DNA of 64,000 bases from Camelus dromedarius (taxonomy: Eukaryota), in NCBI RefSeq assembly GCF_036321535.1, contig NC_087438.1, positions 10,356,001 through 10,420,000 on the forward strand, written 5' to 3'. This document shows positions 1-10,700 of the stretch, in pieces (within the stretch, counting starts at the first letter, position 1; each line of letters starts with the position of its first letter). The notes under the pieces were generated by a model. The model was not told where the DNA came from and searched no databases. It saw only the letters and a program-made list of their open reading frames with translations. Position numbers and translations under genes: made by a program.

Positions 1-247
1 GTGGCTGCCGTTGTTTTCCGGATCCCGTCTTTGGCTTATAAGATTTTGAGGACCTTTTCATTCAGCATTAACTAAGTGTCTAATTATTATGTTTGCTTCC
101 TCTTCAGAAAGTGCTGTAATCTTAATAGAAAGACTTTAGGTCCTTTGGCATCTGAATTTTAATTTTACAAACAGCTTTAAGTATAATTTTAGTCCTGATT
201 TAATAAAGCACCATTTATTTGTATATAGATCTTCTTCACTGATGTGG

Positions 248-272
248 GTTTTGTTTTGTTTTGTTTTGTTTT
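248..272. repeat. (GTTTT)5 microsatellite
   Basis: Direct reading. Confidence 0.9.
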
Positions 273-799
273 GAGACCTCCTTTGGCAAAAATGATCTTA
301 TGTTTTTGGACAGATTAATTATAGGCACTAGAATGTTGAGGTTCTCATTTTAAATATTTGAGGAATAATTATCACAAGAAAAACTTACATGAAAAGTGAT
401 ATTGGAGGTCGTTGATTTTGACCAAATTTCTTCTCAATCAATTTAAATGAAAGTACCTTTATTTTCATGAGAATGATATTGACTAATACAAATTTGCCCA
501 CGATTGTGCAAAGAATGATTTTTCTGTTTCTTCAGTATATTTTTTTAATAAGTCAAAGATACCTTTATTCACAGGTCATTAATTTGCCTAATATGTTTTT
601 TCTCCATAGAAGTTCTCTAACTTTGCCTACTTTTCTCTGGTATCTTTTTCACATTCTCAATTTCTTTTTATATAACATAACAATCAATTATTTTTTAAAA
701 ACTTTTTCTTTAAAGATCATTTTAGATCTTAGAGGGAAGGTGCAGCCCTGAGGCAGCACCGTTAACCAGGACACAGACCTGATTTTGGATTTTGCTTTA

Positions 800-1900
800 G
801 TCTTTTTTTTTCTGGCTCTGGATCCAATCCAGGACCCACTTCATATTTAGTCTCCTCCAGTCTACTGTGTTCTTCCACTGCTTTGGTTTTTCATGAACTT
901 GACACTGTTGAGATATTAGCCATCCTTTATTTTGTAAGATGTCCCCCCGCCAATTAGTTTATTTGATGTTTTCTCATGATTCAATGGTGCTTACACATTT
1001 GGGGCAAGAATACCACAAAAATGAAGCTGTGCCCTACTCAGTGTGTCCTATGCAAGGTGGGGGCCACAGGAGGACCTGGACATGTCTGGCGGTGGTAACC
1101 TCGAACACCCAGTTCAAGTAGTGTCTGCAGATTCCCCCACTGAAATTACTGGTGTTCTGTTTGTAATTAATAAATACCTTGTAGGAGATGTGCTGAAACT
1201 ATGCGAATGTTCTCTCTCCTCTTGCCTCTCCCCACTCGTCTTAGCATCCCTGCAACAGCTATTACAGTGGAGGTTGCCTACTGGTGGTTTTCTGTTTTCC
1301 TCATCCCTTTTAAATTTATTCATTAGAATTCTGTCAGGAAGAGTGGTACCTCTGCCTTATGTATGTATGTATGTATGTATGTATGTATGTATGTATGTAT
1401 GTATGTATGTCAGTATGGAGTCATGGAGATGTATTTTATTCAGTACTGTCATGTATTTTGTCGTTCAGATTGTTCCATCTTTGGCCGTTAGGGGTGTCTT
1501 CAGGTCAGCTTCCGTGTACTCGGGACACACCTGCCGTGTCATTTTTGGAGCACTTCCTTGCTTCCTGACAATACGGGATGCTCCTGGCTCATCTGATATT
1601 TTCCTTGCCTCAGCTCTGGATCATCTGTTTCTTTAGGTCTTCTCAGCAGACACGTCTGTTTACCTACCTGTGTGTGCACACGTGTCTATAGTCACATTCT
1701 GTCTCCCTCCCCCCCCCCGTGTGTGTGTGTGTGTACACACGTGTATATACACTATGTACGTAAGTTCATACCACCTGATACCTGTGATTCCTGTCCCACA
1801 ACACGGCATTCATTCTGGCCCTCCTCTGCCTTGCCTTACTTGTAACCTTTTTCTCTGACAGTGAGACACCTGCATCTTGTTATCCAAAATATATTTACTT
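800..1900 (-). mobile_element. Old L1 (L1MC/ME-type) 3' region fragment
   Basis: Resembles the recalled antisense L1MC 3' end (ggatccaatccaggac..., tgatgttttctcatgatt...ggcaagaataccaca); boundaries approximate. Confidence 0.6.
1358..1410. repeat. (TATG)13 microsatellite
   Basis: Perfect tetranucleotide run; explains the YVCM-repeat ORFs. Confidence 0.95.
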
Positions 1901-4799
1901 ACTTGTTCAATCCTAGTCTAGAACCCATTTTTCCCCTCTTTGGAAATTAAGTATTCTCTTTACCTAAAATGACTTGGCTTTGAGAGTCTCAAGTCTGCCT
2001 TTTCTCACTGCCAACCCATGACACAAATTTAGGATTCTTTTTGTCTTTGGTTTCACAGTATACAATCAAAATGCTGTTTTTCAGAATCACTTAGTGAATG
2101 TTTTTCTTCCCCACCCTCTTCAGTGTGGCTATGTTTTCCCTGGTGCCTCAGCGAGGTTCATTTACTACTGGGTTTATTACCTTGCGTTTGAGTCCCCCCC
2201 CCCCATCCTAGTTGATCTTAATTACTTATTTTGGGCTCTGTGAAACGTAACTGTGGTTAAAAGAGTCAACACGCAATTTCCATACAACAGATATATCTCA
2301 TTTTCTCTTCCCAGCACCCCTTGCTGTTTGGTCCTCACAGACAAACCTTGGGTAATGTCTTTAAACACTGTCTTTGGCAGTGTGTCTTTTGTTTTCTTTG
2401 TGATCCTTTTAATTATACGGTCAGCCATCAAATGAAAATATCAAAAATAACCCCAAAAAAGAAAGTTTCTTGTTTTCCTTCACAAACTCCACTTTTTAGG
2501 CGTATCTCCTGTTTTGCCAGATGCCTAAAATGTTTGCCTTTGGCCCACCGCGTTTAGTCAGGTTTCATGTCTGTCTGCTTTCCTTGCGGAAGCTCACCTG
2601 CGTCAGTCCTAACTGGGCTCACTGTCGTCTTCCTCTCGGGGGGTCCCACGTGGTTTCCTGACCACCTTCCCACCTAGACGGTGTTCTCACACTGCAGACG
2701 CCCCGCCCCCCATCCTGGAGCTTCCCGCTTGCTTCCTGACTGCTCATGGCGCAGGACCACCTCTTTTACAACCTCTCGAGTTACCTGAAGTCACAGCCTC
2801 TGTTCTCACTACCGGGTCCTTCCCACCCTCTTGGCCAGGGTTCCTGCAAGCTTTTCTTCCCGGGGTCAGCTGAGGTCGCCCTTGGGTCTTTCTCACCTGT
2901 ACCTGGCCCAGACTCTTAGGGCAGAGACCCAGTCATACCACCAAGGGAGAAACAAGCCTTAGATTCAAACCTTATTCCCTGGAAACACTGCTGGTTGTTC
3001 GGACTGTCTTCCTTCTCCCTTTGCTCCGCCTCCTCTCCCATCCCTTTCACTTACCGACATCAGCTCTTTGGCTGGTTCCGTGATTGTCCATCCAGGGATT
3101 TGATTATCGTTGCTTCCAGGTGGGGGCCATGTGGTGCCTTTACTTGATATAACTTACCTTTACTACTTCCTTATAAAGTGCCACATTACATAGTAAACAC
3201 TCTGTAACCTCATACTTTCATGACTAGAGGAAGGAGGGGATGAGAAAAGCCTCCTTCCTTCCTTCCTGCCATGCCACATTTCTCTGACAGATGTGAACTT
3301 CAGATTTGAAGAGGGCAGTCACTGGGAAATGTCTCCCATTTCTTAGCCAAAATTATTTTATTCATTTTTCAGCATCATTCCCTTCCTCTTAAGGCGAGAA
3401 TGTGTATTACACATAAAGTGATTAATTTCCCTGACAGCTCTTTTTTTTTTTTTTTTCAGACTTTTAAATTAATGACCCTTGCTTGGCAGTCTGTATTTTT
3501 GGAAAGGGACAAAGTAAAATATTTAATAAAAGTTGTAGTAAATGAAACCCTAGAATGTCAGTTAACTTGATTTCCTTTAGGACAATTTTTACTGCTTTTT
3601 TTTGCCAAGAAGAGAGAAGGTTATTTATTTGGTAATAAAGTTTTCTTTTCTTGCATAAAAAAGTGCTCTGTGCAGAATTCTGCCTCTTGCTTGGTCCTGG
3701 CGTAAGTACACCATCTGGATCTGTCTTGGGACCATTTATAAAGAAAAACAACCTTATGCTTTGCTTTTGGTCTTTTAAAAAGAATATGAGGCCTAATGTG
3801 GGCCTATAAATGCCAAATCCCGCTTTGTAGCAGTTTGTTTGGGGAGGTATCATAGTGCCGGAGACAGCTCTCTGGGAGCGCCCTGGATTTATTCCCTTCT
3901 TGTTTTTTCACAGTTGTTAATTGTCTGAAACTGAGAAAGCAACTAGAAGTCTATGCTATTTGCACATTTCTCACTTAGAGAATTTTTTAAATTTATTTTG
4001 CAGTAAGTGGGGGAAGGGAGAACCCAAGTTTAACTTTTTTTTTAAAAAAGGAGCTAAAAAAACAACATTTTTCTTAGCAAAGCAATAAAGCAACACAAAT
4101 AAAATTGTTTATACTATTAGGTTAGATAAAGGAGAAATGAGAGTTACTAATAAAAAGAACTCAAGAAGATAGTGCATGATTTTGTTCAGGTAAGTATAGG
4201 CTTCAACAAATAGCACCCCCTTAGGTAACTTAGGGCTGTGTTACCATTTTAGATACGTACAGAATATTCCAGGTGACTGCCTCAAAGCAGAAGCTAGCCA
4301 TCAAAGTCGAGTTTAGAGAGCACTGTGTATGTTTCTCGAATTAATTAGAAACAGAGGGAGGGAGTGCGTCCACTTACCATAGAAATTGAAACGTCAGACT
4401 TCGTGACTGTTAAACAATGGATGTTCCCCTAAGAAGCCATTGTGCTGTGTGAGACAAGGGAGAGAACACGTGGAAACTTGCAAGAAAAGAGTAAGAATTT
4501 GTGTAGGCTAAAGAAAATGCCCGATTTCTGAAGAGGACAGAAATAAGCTTTTCAGAGGCTTTACTAAGAATGTCCTTACAAATCACAAGTGTGGATATTT
4601 ATTTTCACTTGTATGGCTGCTTCTTGTAAGGAAGAACGAAGATATGTTTTTAATAAGCGAGGAGGGGCATTGTAGCTCAGTGATGTAACCAGCTGGCTGG
4701 AGACCGAATTACGCTCCTTTTTGTTATCAAGTCCCATCAGGAGGCACTGCTTGCTGTATGTCTCCGAGAAGACCTCCGTCCAAGTGCACACAAAGCCCA

Positions 4800-5370
4800 A
4801 GTCAGAGAGCCTGGCGAGGGGAGGGCGCCCACCACTTGACGTCTCACTGAGTCAGGAAATCACAGCCCCGGCTGGCGGAGGAGAGGAGAAACATCTGGCT
4901 CCCAGCGCGCCCTCAGAATTTCCTTGAGCTCCAATTAGAGTCACTGTGGTAGAAAGTAATCCACGGCGTCTGATCTTCCCACACGTGCAGCCCACTGGAA
5001 GGCAGTGCTCGCAGCCGGGAGAGGGAGCGGCCACGCTTCCCCCCAGCCTGCCTCTGAGCACCCGGGGCTCCGGCTCCGGCTCTGCTGAGGACGGGGTCCC
5101 TCTGGCTGCCGCAGGCAGAGGGAGGCTTGGGATTCGGAGCCTTTGGCCTCGAGTTGGCTCGGCCGCACCATGCCAAACGGAATTAAACCCCCTGATCCCC
5201 TGGACTCGCTGTCGCCCGTCGTCGGCTCAGCCTACCGTAGCGGCGGGCAGCCCGGCACCTGCAAGTACTGGATCCTCGACCTAGGTACACACATTCTAGC
5301 CCCGGCTCCCGCCAGCCTGCTCTCCCGGGCCTGTTTCCTTCCAGGTGGCCGCAGGGTGCTTGTCGTGGGC
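4800..5370 (+). promoter_or_regulatory. Intronic CpG-rich island, candidate internal TRIO promoter
   Basis: Abrupt GC/CpG enrichment in an AT-rich context. CRE-like TGACGT 4837-4842, AP-1 TGAGTCA 4848-4854 abutting GGAA, CCAAT 4931, E-box CACGTG 4982-4987. Confidence 0.6.
5170..5284 (+). CDS. TRIO: Candidate alternative first coding exon MPNGIKPPDPLDSLSPVVGSAYRSGGQPGTCKYWILDL (Duet/TrioE-like isoform)
   Basis: First ATG of the CpG island (gcaccATG). 115 nt to TAG|gtacac gives phase 1, matching the phase-1 acceptor at 22618. Confidence 0.55.
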
Positions 5371-6739
5371 TTGGAAACAGACATGTCTTGTGCTTTTACT
5401 GCTGAAACGTATTGTCTGCTTGACCATTTTGTAAGAGGGGCTGCTGGGGGAGGTTTTGTGGGGGGCCTCTAGGAAAGGCCTCAGAAATGGGGCGCTGGGC
5501 TCAACGGTGATGTGTTGATTGATTGCTTGGTTGTAAGGTGTTCTTAATATCTGGGATTGCTTTTGATGACCCCGTTTTTCCTGTAAGTGCCATGTAAACA
5601 GTCTAAAGTCATCTGTGCTACAAATTGCCTTCTTATGGTCTCATGTCTGTCATTTTCAGGTTTAATCTTGTTTAGGGTTTTTCAGACTGTTCCGGTGTCC
5701 TGCATGTATATTTAGTTTCTCTGGTTCCTTCTCTTGAGAACTGCAGCCATGTAATAAGATAACGTGAAGTTACAGCAGGGAAGGGTCTCCCAGTAACCAC
5801 CAGTCTGTTTCAGGGGAGTGTGTGTCCCGGCTCTGGTTTATACACAGAACTAGAGTCAAAACAAGAAAACACGATTCCTGCAAAGGTCATCTGAGAAGCA
5901 GAATTCCACTTTGAGGAAAAGGCAATAGGATAGAGGAGAGTGAAGCTAGGGAAGGAATTAGGTGTGTGGGTCCCACAGACCCCTGCCCTGCAGCGCCCCA
6001 GAAGAGGCTAGCTTTCCAGCTGTAACCTTTGACATCTGTCCAGACTGTACAGCCACTGAAATGAGTTTCTCACAGGCTGTCTTCTGCATTCCAGACAGGA
6101 TGGCTTCTACCAGAACTTTGGTCCTGAGCTAGTGTGCTTTTAATGTTTGCCGTCACTCTCTCATCTGCATGTGTACTTAGAAGTGGACAGCAAGCGGGAG
6201 GGAGTCCAGGGGATCTGGCCAGACCTTCAGGGCACTCTCTGTGTATTGTGAGCTCAGTGGACATGGGGGAGGTGGAGGGACCTACCAAAGGAGAGGGGAT
6301 CTGAGGAAGAAGGAGGCACAGGTATGCTGTCAGCATCTGAAGGGGCCGTGGTACTGTTTACGTGTGTGTGCATGAAGTACCAGAGGGAAACAACCGAATT
6401 ATCTTTGAATAATGTGCCCTAAAGGAGGTGTCAGCTGTGTGAAAATTGAATTTGTTGGTGTCAGTGTGGTTTTTGATAATACTCCTCGTATTTTTTTTAT
6501 CACAAAGCTATCAGAGCATTTTTAAGTCTCTGACCATAACTTTTATCAGATTTATGTTAATTAAATTGTTCAAGAATGGCCTCCCTTTCTGGAGGGGTCT
6601 AAGTTGGGCAGGCCCACTAGTGATGCTACGTGCTAGGAATTCTGCGCTGGTGGGGGGGAGCAGATGATCTGTAAGAGTTCTTTACACAAAACAGTAACTT
6701 CTGTGCAGTGAAAAGATCAATTGATAATGTCAAAAATCT

Positions 6740-6860
6740 GATTTAAAATCTCAGCCACCCAGTAGCTCTGGGTCCCAAGTAAATCACCTTCTTTCTCTGA
6801 ACTTCAGTTCTTTGTGTGCAGAATGGGAATAACAGTAGAGCGCCCCCTCAGTGTATCATG
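6740..6860 (+). mobile_element. MIR fragment
   Basis: Degenerate MIR core (ctctgaacttcagttctttgtgtgcagaatgggaataacagta). Confidence 0.55.
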
Positions 6861-7652
6861 AACATCCCCAAGGTTTAGACGGAAATATTTTAATGAGCAA
6901 TTTTGCTAAGAAGTCATGGGTTTTAGAAAGAGATGGCTTTCTTCTTATAGAGGGAATTTTGAATCTCAGCAGTATTTTAGATCCTTAGGAATTCCTCTAA
7001 AGGGACATTATTAAACTAACTTTTTAAATACAGGAAGTTCTTTATTATATTTTTGGTTTCCCTAGATATATTTTTATTCTAGTAACTCTCAGACTATAAT
7101 GGAAACTCCAGGTGTTGTTATTCAAGCTGTCACTCAAAATTTGTAAGCTAATGCAAATTTGGAAAGAAAGATGTCCAGTGCAATTTTCATGGGAAAAAAA
7201 ATCTGATCTCCTCACAGTAAAACTCCACTTAGATTTTTTTTTTCCTAAAGAAATATGACATCCATCTCTTTTCAAACTTTCATAGTAATTCCCAGACAAT
7301 TTCCTGAATGCCTCATTATATCAAAGTGATATTTTAATAATGCATTCTAGTTCCACTCACTCAGTTGATGATGGGCACATTTATATGCATCAGATTGGAA
7401 AAGGAAAAGTCGATTCTGAGTGAAATATCCAACAGATGAATCCCAAAGTGACTTTAAAATACCCAGTAAATCATAGACAGTGATTGCAAAGCCTGTCTTC
7501 ATACTCACACACAATCTGGGGGTTCATTTGTTGGGTCACCTGGGGAAAAGGCTGTTTTCCTGCTTTCTGGCGTATCCAGCGGGGCATTCTCCTTATCCAG
7601 ATGTGAATCAGCCCTGTTGGAATAATCTGCAGGAGAGCCGTTTTATTTGCAG

Positions 7653-7736
7653 ATGTCGCCATTTGCAATAACTCACACAGCCTTAAGCCCAAGAGTTTAC
7701 TGCTGAGCAGTTGTAGGGGAAAGAACCCAAGAAACG
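7653..7736 (+). CDS. Candidate 84-nt in-frame cassette exon (D)VAICNNSHSLKPKSLLLSSCRGKNPRN
   Basis: ttttatttgcag|AT ... ACG|gtaagg; symmetric phase 1-1, stop-free only in the TRIO-compatible frame. Confidence 0.3.
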
Positions 7737-10700
7737 GTAAGGTCAAGAAGGACTATAAATTATCTTTTCAGAGGGTTGCAATGGGAGAGCCCATTTATAC
7801 TGATAAGAGAGTGGGACCGTTGAGTTGGTTCTTATCCTGAAATAAGCAGACCCTTTTATTGGACACATGGAATCTATTCCAGTGCTGTACGTATTCCCCT
7901 GACTAAGGAAAAACATAAAGCAGTGATCCGCCTTAACACTGAACAGATCCAGAGTGAACTGTGCCTTAACATCCTTCTCGAACTCTCTCCACGTCTTCTT
8001 TGTTCTTTTTTTGATGAGGAGTGTGGATTCTCACCAGTGCAGTTTTTGTTTTTATAAATTAAAGGAAAACACTTGACAGACTAAATGCAGGAATGCGAGC
8101 CTGTTCTAAAAGTATGCAAAGAGGTTAACAGCGGGGCCCAGGTCACGTCAAGGATGCCCGTGCACAGGCCGTTCAGCTTCCTGTGAGTAAACGAGAGACC
8201 CACCCCCCAAGAAGTACTCAGCACCATGTTGTCTGGTTTCAACCATGAACACTGATGGTTTCACACAAGTTACTGTGCAAACTAAATTCTGTCTCTCATC
8301 TTTCTTGATCTCTAAGTATTTTTAAATGGATCAGAGTTTGAGACATGGTGCACGAGGAGACACAATGGGCCTAGTGTGTGGCTCTGGAAGTCAGAGCACG
8401 AGTGCTCCTGCCTGGCCTCTCCGCTTCCAGGCTGAGCCAGATCCCTGTTAATCTCGCTTAACTGCAGGCCCGTCACCTGCAGGAGAAAACCAAGAAGTGC
8501 ACGCTTTCCAGAAATTGCACTGAAGGTTATTTCTCTTCTTTTTAAGCAAACCGCAATTACAAAATTTTGATTCATTTTCTCACTTTTCACTAATAAAGAT
8601 GTATTTGGCTCTCTGAGCTCAGGATGACAATTCCTGAGGGGAAAAAAAGTGTTATATGTTGAATTTCTGTATCTATATTTCAGCCAGAAAGTAAAGAAAC
8701 CTCAAGTTATTTGGCCTTACTTAGGGGTGACTACAGACATTTTGAACTATTAGAACTTTTTGAAGTTAATATTAAAAATAGACCAAAAAGTTCCCCCAGA
8801 GTGCCCCAGAGGTCCCAGATTGGGGGCCTCCAGGCCAGATGACCTTTCCTCTCTCCAGGCAGGACCAGGCTGCCCCTGCCTCAGCTGTAATCCCCCTTTG
8901 ATATGTGCTCTTTCTAAGTATAACCCTTCAGCTAGGCCTCGTGGGGAACACAAATTTATGGCTTTTTGTTCTGCAGAATTTCCTCCAGGTGCTCCACGTT
9001 GGCCTGGGGGTGGGGAGCAAGTCCACAAAGCCAGCACAGTCTGCCTGGGGGTCAGTCCCCGGGGCCCCGAACTTCCTCTCCTGTCCCCCAGGGCCGGGGG
9101 AGCGTGGGCAGCCTCTGCAGCCCAGATGCGCCCTGTCAGTCCGTGCAGCTCTCACATGAAACTGGACAAACTCGGACAGAGAATACCCGCCCAAAGCATA
9201 GCCAGTGTTTCTCTGAAACTAGATGCCGGTTGTTTAAAAAAAGAGGCTTCACAGACAAGTGGAGCAGCAAAGGGGGATAATAGTGCCCATAGGCAACCCC
9301 TGATAGTGTTTGGACAGGTTTTTAGTCTTTTTCTATGAAAAATGAGGCCTCTTTTATTTATACTTTATAAATTTGACCAGAAGACATCATCTCAATCCTG
9401 TCCATTGTCCATGTTCTCAAATGCACCGTTGAAGAAAGTTTCTGTTGTTACATCTTGTTAACAGTAATCGCAATTCATGCTGGACCCATACTGGGAAGAC
9501 TGGAGTTCTTCCTCTAAGGATACAGCCACTGAGAAGCATCTGAGACCAAGTATGTCGCCCTCAGGCAACCCCCTCCTTCCTCTTTTACCTCCTAAAGCTG
9601 ATGGATTATTTTAAGAAGTGGCCCAGTGGCCAAAAGCACAAGCGGAGTTGAGTAAGAGTCTTTAACAGCAAGAAGGGAACGTACTCATTATGACGTAGAA
9701 CTGAAAATGGAAGATTTTTCCCTTTGTCTCTCTCCAGCTGAAAAGGAAGGCACACTGGGCGTCCGGGTCCTGCTCCTCCCCCGCCCCCACGCGGAGGCTG
9801 CCCTCCTGGTCTGCAGCAATGGCAGTGCCGATCCAGCACACGGGGCACTAATTAAAGCCAAGGACAGGATTTGTGCCGTTAATTGGCGTTCATAGCAGAG
9901 GCGTTCTTTTCATTCTCTTTGTCTCTGAGCCGGCTTTGTTCCTTCCTGGAATAACTCCAGGCCTCCCTTCCTTCCTTCCTCTCGCTGCAGTTACTCAGCT
10001 GCTCAAATCACACCAACGTGGGCACGATGCTAACAGGACACCCTATGGACAGGAGTGCGGGGGATGCTGAGAAAGCTGCCCTGGCCTCACTCCCTCATCC
10101 TGAGACACATCATAGATGGAGATTTCACCTCCCATGTTGGATACGTGAATAACTCCAAGGACAGTTGCTCCCACCCTCTTTGTTTTTGTGTTTTGGCTTT
10201 TGTTGTGGTGGTGTTACGGTGTTAGTATGTGATATCCTGGGAAGGGAGTGGGCGTCCTCAGGAAATTACAAAACAATAATTTGAAAAATAAAAGTCAGTG
10301 CCATTCAGTTCTTGTAGGGGAGTTGGGGGTCAAGCTGTCATAACATCAGAGGTAAAGTTACAGGATGGCAGGGCTTAACCCTCTGTGCGCTTGGGAGTGG
10401 ATTGTGGGTGTGAAATGCACACACACAGTTGGGCTTTCCGCCTGGCCGTGTGGTTAACTTTTTAATCCCATTTTCCAGTGCTTAGCTTTCATTAGGGCAG
10501 CGTTTTGCTTTTGATACAGGTGTTACTCAAATATAATTGTGAGGGGAATTCCTAACTAGTGAGGAATTTTGGTTCTCTGATTTGAACCAAATGGCAGGGA
10601 CCCTGGCATATAATGTGCTAGATGTTTGCTCTGTGGTTCGGGTGTGTAGGGGGTAAGAATCGTCCATTTCCTCGTTCTCCACAGCTGCAACTGTTTCTAA

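Noticed and set aside
1043..1636. 197-aa ORF with YVCM repeats
   Set aside because: Arises from the (TATG)n microsatellite inside an old L1 fragment; no protein-like features
4659..4700. ggaggggcattgtagctcagtg, resembling a tRNA/SINE 5' end
   Set aside because: No B-box, cloverleaf or A-tail follows
8760..9338. 192-aa ORF in a GC-rich intronic segment
   Set aside because: Non-ATG start, no recognisable domain, no convincing splice boundaries
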